From: Tubulanus polymorphus | Lineage: Eukaryota; Animalia; Nemertea | Assembly: GCF_964204645.1 (NCBI RefSeq) | Contig: NC_134035.1 | Location: 3,162,001-3,226,000, forward strand | Reading direction: 5' to 3' | DNA: 64,000 nt | Part shown: positions 1 through 12,726 of the stretch, in pieces | Position numbering within the stretch: the first letter of the stretch is position 1 | How the letters are laid out: every line of letters starts with the position of its first letter | The notes under the pieces: model-generated | What the model saw: the letters and a program-made list of their open reading frames with translations, nothing else | Told to the model about the DNA's origin: nothing | The model's database searches: none | Program-made: the position numbers and the translations under genes

Positions 1-3000
1 GATATCGCCGAGAGTGAACTGCACGTTTACCGAGACGATGCCTTTCGTTCCGTTCTGCGAAATGATGTATTCGACCTTGAAATAAAAAGATTAGGATTTT
101 TGTCAAAGCTATATAATAATAGGCCTATGATGAGTGAACTAATGCTGTACTAGTAAGAGACCGATATGTTATGTCGTTACTACATCATGTACGTAAATAA
201 ATATGAAAAAATATGGAATATCAAAAGAAAGTCCATAAGCATATTACTGATTTAAAATATGAAAATAGGTTTCAAAAGCTTAGAACTTAGCCTGAGAGCT
301 AGCACTACGAGGGTGGCGACTCTACTAATGTGACTATTTCGCTGACATGGACGTTGTTTTTCGTGAATCGATCTGTTAAGAATTCAATCAATTAAATACA
401 TAAAACATAGGCAGAAACTGTTTGAATTTATATAGGATCTAGCAATCTCAACAAGTTTCCCAGATTTTTCCTGATTCATAGTTCTTTTACAAAATTTGTA
501 GACTTTTGACTCTTTTAAAGAAAATTCCCGGATGTTTCGTGGATTTCCAGCGGCCACCCTGACTGACTACTTTTTAGAATCAGATGCCGAATTACCTCTT
601 TCACGGCGTATCTACAAGTTTTCGTAGCGGTGTCGTACTGGGGTGTCGGCACCGAGTCCACGATTCTGCAGTTCTCGACGATTCCTTGAGCGCCGACGCA
701 TTTCGCCGGCAATACAGGATCTATAGGCATCTGTTGGTCGTACAGCGGTGTCGTTACCCCTAAAATAGAATACCAGATAATCAGAATCAACCTGGCAAAG
801 AGTATGGCCTTGTTTCACTAAAAACTGTTGAATCAAGTCGTAGATATTCAATTTCTGAGGCAGACGATAGGCAAATGATTTAAAAAAGAATTATTTTTTC
901 AATTGTTTTTTTAAGTATTCCAAGGTAAATATTCTAATGAATAAGAAAAGCAAACTTTCTCAGAAGGACGCAGTCTTCTAAAGTTTAACTTTTTGTCAAA
1001 TTTCAATCAGGTTCAACTTACATGTTTCTGGATTTGAAGCGTTGTACAGTTTTGGAGCCAGCACGGACGGAATCTGAAATATAATATTGAGAATGGTGAA
1101 CCTTACGTAACGAGGACTCTACACCGCGGCAATCGAGGATTACGCTCGCGGCGAGCGAGGATCCAACAGGTGGAGCTAGCGTGTGAACGTTACGCGTTCG
1201 AAATCGACTTACGGGAATCACTCGGAATCCGGAATAGAACGTCGCGGCGTCTAAAGCGTATGACGTCTGACACGACTGAGCGAGAGGCGCAAGTTTTCGG
1301 ATACACGTAAACGATTGATCCATCATAAACGCTGTAACGAAAATAAACACGATTTGTAAACAACGCGAGGCGTACAGTAAAAACCTCTCTATAGTCGCGA
1401 TCACGCGAGCGTTTCTCATCCGAGTCAAATTCGGCTCGTGCCGAATTATAACAAGGGTCAAATTACTGCGTGCCAATGCTAACTGATTCTGGAAGTGATT
1501 CACCTCTCCTACCAGAGCGTCAGTTTGATAGCATTCTAGTAACGAGTGAGTGATTTACGTGTGAACGCGCTCACTAATTACGCACGGGCCAAATTCGAGT
1601 CTGTCCAGGCCAGTTAAACCTGTCACCTTTATGTGATCATGGCTTAAAGCGAACCCTCTTAGTTCTGGATAAAATGTTCACTACATATAGGTACAGACCA
1701 TTTCCCGATCCCTCGAAATTTTCTTATCAAATTTCAGCCACAAAGTCGGACTTTCTAAATCGTACTTAGCGGTCCATCACAAGACACTCTTTCGAGATCA
1801 GTAAAGATGCTTCCAGTACCAAAAACATGCAAACACAACAGTTTACCGTAGACAAGCAATCGATAGAACCTTACCGGCCGGATTGGTATCGTCACATTCT
1901 GAAGATATCGCCGGTCGAGGTAATCCCAGTTTCCCGAGGATATTAGTCTGATTGAACAATGTATATATCGGTTCTCCGCTCTGAGAAAAAAAAGTACATG
2001 GATCATGATAAAGCCTGTGAACAGATGAAGACTTCGAAGTTGTAATGTTAGAGACAGAGAACATAATTCAAACGCACAAAATAAATGCACAAAATAAATA
2101 CCATTTCCCTGTGTTTTCCATCCTCCCGCGGCGGGGATTCGAAACCTGATGGCATCGCTACACTCAGCCACGGCACGAACCCCTGCCACAGTAGACCGGG
2201 TGCGCGGCTATATGCGCAGGTTTACCGCATGAAAGCTTGCGGCACCAATCAGATCGCTCGTTGTATATCGCCGAGGTTAATTTCACGGAAGAACTATAAA
2301 TGGGAAAACCCGGGCTAGAATAAAACGGGATATCTGATTGGCTGATAATGACATCATCCAAGCTGCGCGTGTAGCTGCGCACTCGGTCTAGTGTGGCAGG
2401 GTGTCGTACCGTGGCAATCTCGATGCCATCAGGTTCGAATCCCTGCGGGGGGGGATGTGTATTTTCCAGTCATCAGTTTTTCAGAATTGCGGTCACCCTG
2501 CCAGTGTGTGTCACCTTTACTAAATACATTCGGCATTTAACGGTGATTTTTCTTGTCTCTTCGACGTAAGTCACGATTGCTCTCTTACCTTATACGAGTC
2601 ATAGCGAGATTGAGTTGTCGGATTCGTCGTCAAAGCTACGTTCTCGTACGAATAAAGGGGTCCCGCCGTCGATTTGTAGCCCAGGAACAGATCACGAGTG
2701 TTGGCGACGTTCGGTACGTAATAGTAATTTCGAGTTTGAACTGCGCAATGAAAAAGCGAGACGATTCGACATTTTCAAAATCGCGATAATCTGAATAAAG
2801 GCTTTAAGAAATCGATACCTTGTTTCTCATTTCTGCTGGGCTTAAAAGTTGACCCGCCCGGTCGCCTATCTACCCTGTACGTTACTTTTTTCAAATCATG
2901 ATCAAGCTAACAATAACTGATAACAAATTTTAGTGCAGCTACAAAAGTTGATTATGAGAAACAAGGTGTCATTATTTTCAAGCTTTAGTAAAAAGACTTC

Positions 3001-5227
3001 ACTTCATCGATAATAAAACTTAAACCCTGTCAGTGCATCAACAACGTCTGTTATGGACTTTGCTAGTACACCGCATCACGGTGTATCGATGTTGACAAAG
3101 TTTGACTTCACCAACTGACAATACACCGCACCGTGGAGTACATCCCCTAATACAAGTTGGATTGGAATTTTCAAATCACCTACAGCACTTAAGGGTATCA
3201 TTTAGTTTGAACTGAAAGGGTTTAATGTCATTATTTTTGCATACTTTTCGAAATATGGATATTAGTCGAAGAACAGTGATGCACTGCAATTTGTTTGTAT
3301 AGATGACCGTATTCGGATAAGCCTAGATAACAGAATCTAGAAATAGCTCGATTTTTCACGACTTACAGTTATCGGTAACAATACAAAATAGACTCGGATT
3401 TGAAACGTCGACGGTGTGCGGCGTATTCGACCGGAACACTTTCGATTGTTGTATGCAATACTGTGTACTTTGTCTGCAACGAAACGAAACAAACATATCT
3501 TGTATCATACGTAAGCAAAGGGCGTTTAGAACGAAATAACACGAACTTGTAATGCATGAAAATGAATTGGGAATGAGTTATTATGTATCATGATAAATTT
3601 GGATTTTTCCTTGAATTTTCTGAGGAGTTGTAGACATAGTGAAATTCCTGGGTCCAGTTCCACAGTTGTGAGATAGAGTTAACTTTTAAGTTCAAAATCA
3701 CTTCATTTTCAATGAGTTCGCTTCCAGTCAGATTCTAATTCACAACTGTGGAACTCAGTCCTGAATGTTAATGTGTTAAACTGTAGGACCTAGCTCTACA
3801 GATACAGGGTCCGATCTAAGGAATGAAAGCCACTTGCCCGAGGGGGGGCAAGCATATCTGAAATTTCACTTGCCCCCTCCAAAAGCTACTTGCCCTACAC
3901 AGGCGGTCCGATTGGTGGCACTATCAATCTGTAGTATCGAGTGGGGAAAAAGCTTTGTTACACAAAATTGCACTAGCTCGGGGGACAAGTGATAACGATA
4001 ACCTACTTGCCCTTATGGGGTAATACTCGTCCCGGGCAATCGGGCAAGTGCTTAGATCGGACCCCGCAGATATGAGTGATGAGTCAAACTGATCGTAAAA
4101 TAAACTAATTGAACTCTTAGAGTATGTAATTTAGCGAAGATCTGTTGAACTTGGAGGGATCCGTAGGTATTAAATTAAAATCCGATGTCGCCACAATCTC
4201 TAGCGTTTAGCAATACTCAGTACTTACAAATTCACAGACTCATCACATCGTGTAAACGCATTAAGGTCGTTAGAGGTACACGCCGGATCGCAACAACAGT
4301 TCACATCGCACACACCAGGTGTCAGGTCGCACGTACATGGACCTAGATCTACAAAAAAAAAAAATATTCAAATCTTTCTCTACATCCAACATTCTGGTTA
4401 ATGTTCCCTTCTCCTATATTATGACGTCCAGTGACAGGGTTACCACGGGTCGGCCAATATCATTTTCCATATATTTTCCACACCCAGATTATAAATTTTC
4501 CATGCCACTAAGTTATACATCGCCAACCTAGAGGATTTTTACCGGGGTAGGGAGGTACGATCCCCTCTCTGGTGTAAACAAGCTAGCATCATTATAATTT
4601 AGTCTGGATATGAAAAGGGCATGTCCTGAGTGAGTAACTGATTCAACCATATAGTTCGGTTAGCCTACTGAAACCACATTCCAGTCAGTGACTAAACTAA
4701 AATAAAGAACTGCAGTTCAGTTGGGGAAACTGTAGTTTGCTAACTGACTAAGCTGCAGCCCAGTTACTAAACAGCTACTAGCAGTACTGACTTGTGACTA
4801 CATTTAAACTACAGTCCACCACCAGTTACTACTGTCAGTGTCACTTGACAGTCCTAATAACGAATGCTAATCGGTAAATCGACAGTCAAGTTGACTGTGT
4901 GAGTATGTCTAACTGTGGACTGCAGTTTTCAAACTAAACTCTTAACCCTTATACTGCTACTGATAAAACTACAGTCACTGACTTACCTGTATTGTTTGGT
5001 ACATTAGTTGTGGTGGGTGAAATTGGAACGATAATGGTTGTTGTTGGTGGAGCCGGAGGAGGTGTAGTTGGTGCGTTTGTAGTCGGAGCTGAGGTTGGGT
5101 TTGCAGTAGATTGTGTTGCTGTTGTTGGTGACGCTGACGGGGTCGATGATGTTTGACCGTAGACGAGTAAAGTTACTCGCAGCAGCAACAGTAAAACCGA
5201 TGCGAAAAATATTTTACCGTCCGCCAT
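1..5227 (-). CDS. TCTN: Tectonic-family ciliary transition-zone protein (TCTN1/2/3-like); 5' portion, continues beyond position 1
   Basis: Phase-consistent GT-AG exons: 4987-5227 (signal peptide [16 protein letters not shown] plus Thr/Pro mucin-like stalk), 4228-4348 ([24 protein letters not shown], the Tectonic Cys motif), 3367-3473 (..[11 protein letters not shown]), 2589-2740, 1875-1980 ([14 protein letters not shown]), 1213-1331, 1022-1073, 596-759, 1-75 ([25 protein letters not shown]). The paralog cannot be assigned. Confidence 0.92.
2120..2456. repeat. Inverted pair of tRNA-like (A/B-box) SINE heads in Tectonic intron 4
   Basis: 2120-2219 (-) and 2362-2456 (+) are diverged reverse complements. 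Each has an A-box-like CGGTCTASTGTGG and a B-box GGTT(T)CGAATCCC. No clean cloverleaf. Confidence 0.65.
3650..3762. mobile_element. ~110-bp palindromic MITE, family A (GGGTCCAGTTCCACAGTTGTGAG...CTCACAACTGTGGAACTGGACCC)
   Basis: Terminal inverted repeats. Further copies at ~12144-12240, 25970-26080, 26276-26386, 42246-42355 and 54075-54180. Confidence 0.8.
3805..4067. mobile_element. MITE-like element with CAGGGTCCGATCTAAG / CTTAGATCGGACCCCG termini
   Basis: 16-bp terminal inverted repeat and internal CTTGCCC/GGGCAAG subterminal repeats. Confidence 0.7.
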
Positions 5228-7799
5228 GTTGTTTACAGCAACAACCACCGGCGCGGACTCATGGACCGGACAGATATTTCGGACTACGACACGGACAGGC
5301 GGGCAATAACGCCCCGTTCGAAAGTTTGACACAAGAACCATGCACCACCCAAGATTTAAGACCATTTTTGGACTTAAGTAACCCTAAGTGTTGCCCAGGG
5401 GCTGGTTCCTCAGCTGAGACTTAAGTCTGAAAATGGTCTTAAATTTCAAGACTGGTCTTAAGTTGTTAGATTGGTCATAGAACAAAGATGGTCTTAAGTC
5501 TCTAAGCCATGACTATGGAACTGGGCCCAGAAGATTAAATTCGCCTCTCGGGGCAGGTCGCTATCTGCCAATATTCGATTATCATGTTTTTCGGCCATCC
5601 TCATCTCCGCACCATGTTGGTGGAAATCAGGCGCGGATCCAGGACTTATACCGAGGGTGGGATCTTAATAAATTTTGCCCCCAAGAAGATGCGTTTTGAG
5701 CCATCCTGGAGATGTCATGTACAGGAAACATTGAGAAGCTCAGACGGAAAATATAGTCAGTCATGGATCCTCAGGTCGTCTCAAAGCGCGAGCAATAATT
5801 TACTGAATGAATTTTGAAGAAATAAGTAAATTCGCCGCTGCAATATTTAGAACCTGTCCAAAATTGGTATTTGGCCGCAGCATCAAAAATTGCTCCAACG
5901 CGACGAAAAAACTAAACAAATAAAGAATTTCAAAGAATTATATTTACTCTCATACTACAATTATACAAATGCCAGGTGTGCTGATTTCAAAAACAATCCA
6001 ATCATGGACATAAAAACTATAAACCAGAGTTTATACGTCCGTGGTCAAACCATAGACCTTAAACAGAAACGTCTATTTTATTCTCATGACAAAAATTATG
6101 CCTCGCTAAATGACAGGTATGTACTCGAGGTATGTAATCGTGGAATTATCATGTAAGTTCCTTGTTAACAAGTGAACTGTTATTTTAAAAACAGCTCAAC
6201 ATAAAAGCATTCAAACTAGGGACAAATCCTACAAAGTCATCCTGTAAAACTTAGTATTTATTAACTTAACGTTCTAAATTTCATTTTCGTTAACATCATT
6301 TTTACTACAAAACTAGAATTTTCGCTGCACATTGTCTTAACTAAAGATTTTCAAACATTATCAGTTCACTCATTTAATACATTTAATACAAAGTTATTTG
6401 AAAACATGACAATGATTTTACTATCGATAACTAATCACGTTTATAGCTGTTTAACATTCTTTCTAGAAAAGAGTAAAATGTATCTCCCAGATATAAGCCC
6501 TAAAACGATTAACAGTTACAGCAGTGACAGGGTGTGATACATAGGTAAAAGGACGCATGATCTTTCATCAGTTATTTGAAGCATTCTATCGAAACAGATA
6601 TTTTTTAGTGTGTTTGATTTATTTAAGGTTTATGGTTATTTTTTTTGTTTATTACTGAGCCGATAGAATGCTTAAAACAACAACAGAAAGGATCTCAAGA
6701 GGTTGGGAAACACGAAAAAGGTTGTTCTATGAAAGAAGAACCTTTAATAATTAGATTAAGTTGATTAGAAAAAATGCCTGATGATGAAGGCCCTATATAG
6801 AGTATTTACTAATTGTTTGTTGGTTTTGTTTATTTCTATTACTTATATTATAATTTAATTTGTTTTTTTTAAATATTACTTATTATTGTTATTTGTTATG
6901 CATTTTTTCCTTTAATTGTTTTTTATGTATTTTTCTTTATTATGTTCTATGTATTTTGTACTACATGTATTTATTACTATCTACATCATCAGGAATTGTT
7001 TACCGGTGAGGTTATGGGCTCACTTAAAAAAAGTGCTACAAATTCACTGCTGCACCTAAATAATAGTTTATTATAAAACACCCCAAATAGTATGAAAGCC
7101 ACTCAACTTAATGATATGGAACACAATGAAAGAAGTTAAAACAGCTATGAACACAATTAAAACGATCAAAATCATTGCTGGGCATTATCATCATTCCTTT
7201 ATATCCATGTTACTCCTAGCTATACCTCTCTTATACCTCTGTGGATACAATCTACTAAGAGTTTTCATATACCTAGCTATGATTATCTATGTGGAAACTC
7301 AATGCTAAAACTCTATGTGAAAATCAAGATATTAGACTCATTAGTCAAATCGCTTTTATGGGCTTTCGAAAAAAATTAATGCCATCAAAAATACATCAAC
7401 AGTTTGGTATATATACTTATTATTTGTACCAGGGAAGTGTAATGAGTATTCCATGGGTGTAGCCAGTTTGTAATAAAGGCCCGGCCCTTCACTGTTCGGC
7501 CAAGGAGTCATTTTCAATATATCTTTATTCAAAGTCCTTAAACTTGCTGGGCGAGTTTAGGAGTCCAAACTAATTACGTTCCAACATCCTTTACTGCGGT
7601 TAAAAGTTGCAACTGTTTAACTGACTACACTCTCCCTTTTGAACATTTAGGTAATGAAAATCATTTTCAGTCACAGGAAATATAAAATGAATTACTATTT
7701 CTAATATTAATTATCGAATAAAGACTAAAAGAGTTATTCATCCTATGAACTATGTCATTATTACAAATCATGCAAAGCTATGTTTAACTAAAGTATGAA

Positions 7800-8040
7800 G
7801 CTTATCGGAACTATCCTGTCCATATTATATCTCAGTTTAGGTGTATTTCAACCGACCTACGAGTCGAAACCAGACGCTGTACGAGATCAATACCATGAAT
7901 TAATGGAGCGTAGATTATAATGAGACTCCAAGAACAAACTTTAAGGACTTTAATGACTCATCTGTTTACAAATCAAAAACAGTTTGCCTAAATCAATATA
8001 AAGAATCAAGAGGATGCCATTTTATTGAAATATTCAAATA
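7800..8040 (+). mobile_element. Degenerate non-LTR retrotransposon (L2/Crack-like) ORF2 3' remnant
   Basis: Disrupted translation ISQFRC..LRVETRR..ED resembles the 'LxIETGR...EDExHF' C-terminal motif of L2-group LINEs. Many stops and frameshifts. Confidence 0.4.
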
Positions 8041-8227
8041 TGAATAGTTCCTTCTCAGGTCTAGAGCCCAAATTACCTAACTTCAATTTTCATTAATTGA
8101 CATTAAAACTATTTCTTTAGTTCATTCCGCCCCTTCAAATAGACAATGTATTTTGTAAACTCATGGTACCCATCAGGTTTGAAAAAAAGGTGATACGTAA
8201 AATAAATCAATACTTCACATATTCTAC

Positions 8228-8405
8228 TGTCGTTGCTGCTCCTGAATAAGTGTTTATAGGATACGCATTGTTTCTGCTGCTCCTAAATAAGTGTTCATAA
8301 TATACGCATTGTCTCTGCTGCTCCTGAATAAGTGTTTATAATATACGCATTGTCTCTGCTGCTCCTGATTAATTGTTTATACATAAGACACGCATTGTCT
8401 CTGCT
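8228..8405. repeat. ~41-bp tandem repeat, ~4 copies
   Basis: Unit GCTGCTCCTGAATAAGTGTTTATAATATACGCATTGTCTCT is repeated. Confidence 0.8.
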
Positions 8406-9056
8406 CCACCTATTGTAGAAGAAATCATTGGGCGATAAACTGATGCTGGCTGAATTTAGATTTCTAGTTGTGGTAGTTGATGAGTTCAATTCAATTTGGA
8501 ATCTTTTGTTGGCCGTTTTAATCAGTAGAATATAGATGACTAATTAATTTTAGGCTGAGCTTCTCTTATAGATGTTACTTAGCAAGTAAAAGAAGACATC
8601 CTGTAATTATACAATATCTTACAATATACATAATTCTTCATATATATAGCATTAATCATAATAAATTCCATGTTAAGTCAACTTACCTTGGTTTAGTATC
8701 GGCTAGCAGTTCTTAGTTGATTCAAAAGTAAAATTCAAGTTTGATTCATTCTGTTGACCGTTATAATCAGTAGATTCTAGATGGTAATTTGATCTTAGTA
8801 TGGGCTTTTTCTCATAGATGTGATTTAGCTGAAATGAGTTAAAGAAAATATATATCCTGTATTCACACAATATTTTATATAACATTAATCGTAATAATTT
8901 CCATGTAAACCAACTTACCTTTCAAGATTGCTGAGTTAAGTATCGGCTAGGATTGTCTTAGTTGGTTCATGAGTTAAATTCGTTGGACTCTTTGTTCTTT
9001 AAATCCAAGCACATTCAAACAATCTTCCAACCAGTTTAAACAGCAAACGACTGATT

Positions 9057-9350
9057 AGGGTTAACTTTTTCTCTGCCTATTTTAATATATCGAGATTTTG
9101 GATATCTATATTACAAGGTTAACATTTTTTTCTGCCTATTTTAATACATCTAGATTTTGGATATCTATATTACAAGGTTAACTTTTTTTCTGCCTAATTA
9201 AATAAATCGATATTTTGGATATCTATATTAAAGGTTAACCTTTTTTCTGCCTTTTTGAATACATCAAGATTTTGGATATCTATATTACAAGGTAAATTTT
9301 TTTTTCTGTCTAATTTAATATATCCAGATTCTTTATATCTATATTACAAG
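9057..9350. repeat. ~59-bp tandem repeat, 5 copies
   Basis: Unit AGGTTAACTTTTTTCTGCCTATTTTAATATATCGAGATTTTGGATATCTATATTACA. Confidence 0.85.
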
Positions 9351-9576
9351 ATGGCCTTTCCGGATTAACCTGAAATGAGCAAAAGAACGATATTCTGCAG
9401 TTACACAATCCTTTCCGTATCACGCATCGTAATTTACATGTGTATCAACTTAACTTTCAATATTGCTGAGTTCAGTGTTCTTTTTTCGGCATCGTCTTCG
9501 TTGTAGTCGCCTTCAGCATCTTCTTCATCTTGGGAGTCCTGAAATGAAAACAAGAGAAGAGCGATGAAAACCTGGT

Positions 9577-10382
9577 ACGGAACCAAACTAATGTCCGAAA
9601 GCTTTTCAGCTCTCCGTCGCCAGTCACATGCCAAGAACACCAGACAATGAGCCAGCCAGGAATATACTGCCCTCTACACGCCCTCACACAGAACACAAAA
9701 ACCAGGATGACGATACCTTACTTTCACCATATACCGCCAGGGTGTGCAGGGTGACGTTAGTAACTGACAAACCTGCAAGATTGCTTGTGACAAAAATAGA
9801 GTAGCGCAACTGGATTGCCCGCACTAGCACTCAAAGGAAGACAAGACTTATCCCTGCCCGAAGCAACCCACAGGGAGTCAATGAATACTAACACTCAAAG
9901 GAAGACAGGGAAATTAATCCCTGCCCGAAGCAATCCCTTAAAAGGAATCAATGAATGCTAGCACGCAAGCGATCCCCTGTGAATCAATGAATCCTAGCAC
10001 GCAAAAGAAGACAGGGAAATTAATCCCTGCCCGAAGCAATCCCTTAAAAGGAATCAATGAATGCTAGAACGCAAAGGAAGACAAGAGACAAATCTTTGCC
10101 CGAAGCAATTCCTGAAAAGGAATCAATGAATACCAGTAGACAGTCCAGCTTTACCACTCCATTTTCACCGCAAACAATCCGACAGATCTGCCCGTCATTG
10201 ACGTCACCTAGCACACTCTGTTGATAGGTGGGGAGAGTAAGGCCTCGTCATCCTGGTTTTCGAGTTCCGTATGAGGGCATGTAGAGGGCAGCCGTTTCCT
10301 GACCGACTCTTTGTCTGACATCCTCGACACATGACCGGCAAAGGAGAGCCGACGCTTTCGGACATTAGTTTTGTTCCAGCAA
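9577..10382. mobile_element. Two inverted RTE-like LINE 3' fragments flanking a ~75-bp tandem array
   Basis: 9577-9820 (+) and ~10140-10382 (-) are diverged homologues sharing AAACTAATGTCCGAAAGC...AAAACCAGGATGACGA. The minus copy translates VRKRRLSFAGHVSRM, the 'RRLRFAGH' motif of RTE-type ORFs. 9823-10132 between them is an array containing CCCTGCCCGAAGCAA. Confidence 0.6.
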
Positions 10383-12726
10383 ACATTGAAATTCGACAGA
10401 GAAATCGGCCCTGAAAAATAGAACGAGAACAGTACAGGACAGCACGGAGACGAACAGTAACACATAAAACATAAAGACGTCGTTCCTCAGGAAGCAGGAA
10501 CAGGAGCGCAGCGAAGATCGCCAGGATCATGATCGCCAGGAGAGGAATCCACGGTAGCATGTTCACAGTGTGAGTGTGCAGAGGTGAATGGCCTATGCTT
10601 GTGTACACCGTGGTCAGCCGGTGAAGTGTTCAATAGCGCATGAATTTTTTAACGTCGAAACTGGTTGGCAAAGCTGCTTCTGTCATGAACTGGTTACCGG
10701 TCTCTATCTTCAATTAGAATGGGACAGGCACATTGACACTATAGGCGAATTTATCTTGCCAAATCAGATTTGATTTTCCTGATCATAATTTTGCTAGTCA
10801 TGGGTTATCTAATCAAATAAGATTTGCACAACAGGATGAATTTGACTTGTTCCATCCAAACAGAGAAAATACTGCCCCGCATTTTGAAATATTATTTCAA
10901 TGAGATTCAAGTTTCTCTTTCAGTTTTGACCCCCGCGATTTTCGATTCACGAGGTGATTTGATGATTTGATAAATCGTTTTGAATTTGATACCGTGTTAA
11001 ATTCAAAAATTAGACCAAATAAAATTTGATTGTGCCAGGATGAATACGATTTTACTTAAAATCAAATTTAATTTGACGTGATAAATTTGATCTATATTGA
11101 ATGGGACAGGCAACATCTACTTCTGTCAATCCTGGCTCCAGGAAAAGTTGTCCCAGCCGCACGAATTAGGGCGACCAAAAGAGCACTGTCCAATATAAGA
11201 TTAATTCCACCAATAATTCAATGAACTAAAAGTAATTTTGTCAAACACGCCTCGTACATATCAGAAATTTGAGTTAAAACAGATTCGAGTTGAAATATCT
11301 GGTGAGCTATCAGTCAACAGTTATTATCCGCCTTTTTTCATTTTCAGTTACTTGGGATTTTATAGATTAGTGAAAATACATGTATTAATGACGTTTTTTA
11401 TTGAACCGAGTACGGTACCCAGTTTTTACTGCCTGTAAAATGCGAATTAACTCATTAGATTAGGTAAATTTCTTGAAAATTTTCTAAGCCCTTTCAATAT
11501 TAATCCAGAAAACCTCACTGGTGATGCGCGGGTTCTTAGAAATATTCAAAAAATTGATTTAGTTGAAAGGCCCATCTATGCTCGTCCTGGTTCCTTGATC
11601 AGGTATGTACAAAACTGACTGAGCTAGGCCACCTGATGTCCTCTCAAGCGAAGTTGAAATAGGTACTAGCCAGGGATAGCCCGAAACCCTTAACCGATCC
11701 TGCCCTAATTAAGTTACCCCATAGCCCGATCCTTCCAGTAAGGCACTTGACAGCCCGACCCTACCGATTTGAAATTTCACCCAATCACGTATCCATCTTA
11801 CTGTACGCATAATCGCGAAACACAGTAGTTCCACCCACTAGCTTTCTATCCACTTGATTTACATCGCGTTGCAATACTGCTTATCAGTGTATTCGCTGAT
11901 AAAACTAATTGGTATAATTGCTTTAACTGCTACATTCGACCTATAAGGTCATTACTCGAGGATCGCAGCTATATCGTCATGTTCTAGAATTGAGACTACA
12001 CAAATCGAAACCCGCCTTAGTACATGATTGGAATCGTATATAGTGTATTATACAAATATATTTCACATATTGAATTACATGTACATTTTATGACATTATT
12101 TACAGTATAAGCTAAATGCATATTTCGATGCCAGAGGTCAAGACCCAGATCCACAGTTGTGAGTTAGAGTTAACTCTGAGTTAAATTTAGTTCATTTTCA
12201 ATGAGTTAAATCTTAACTCACAACTGTGGAACTGGACCCTTATAGATTACACATTTTCATCAATTATTGTTACGATAGATTGGCTCTTTTATATTCTTCC
12301 AGAACAAATTACCAAGGTTTTAAACATTTCTTCACGACTGATCACAACCTGGAGACAGCTAAGATTGAATTACTTCACATGAAGCTTGTTTTTCGCTAAC
12401 AATCATGATTTTTTGAGAATTATTTCAACAGAAATCCATTTTTCACTGGTTTTCACACAAATCAGGACAATTGGATCATGACTTATACTCTTTGATATTT
12501 TTTCAAAACAAATTACCAAGATTTCACGCATTTTTTAACGACAGATCACAGCTAAGATTGAATTTCTTAACCATGAGAATCTTTTAAACGGAATTACATT
12601 TTTCACAAGTTTTTACACTAATCGGACAATCAAACCATTTGATCATGACTTAAATCACCGCATTTGGGGCAATATTCAAGTAAACAGCTTCAATTCAGTC
12701 CTGTGTAACACACGCGCTCACGGTAC

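Noticed and set aside
1107-1212. Read-through extension of Tectonic exon 6 to a donor at 1106
   Set aside because: The strong donor at 1212 plus the 52-bp exon 1022-1073 gives a phase-consistent model. Alternative use cannot be excluded.
2362-2456. tRNA gene
   Set aside because: A and B boxes are present but there is no convincing acceptor or anticodon stem, so it is treated as a SINE-like head.
6770-7000. CCTGATGATG / CATCATCAGG inverted fragments
   Set aside because: Possibly an old PLE remnant, but no GAAA box or stems are recoverable.
10204-10608. ORF with a hydrophobic, signal-like start (MLPWIPLLAIM...)
   Set aside because: Low-complexity start, and the remainder overlaps an RTE-like LINE fragment in another frame.
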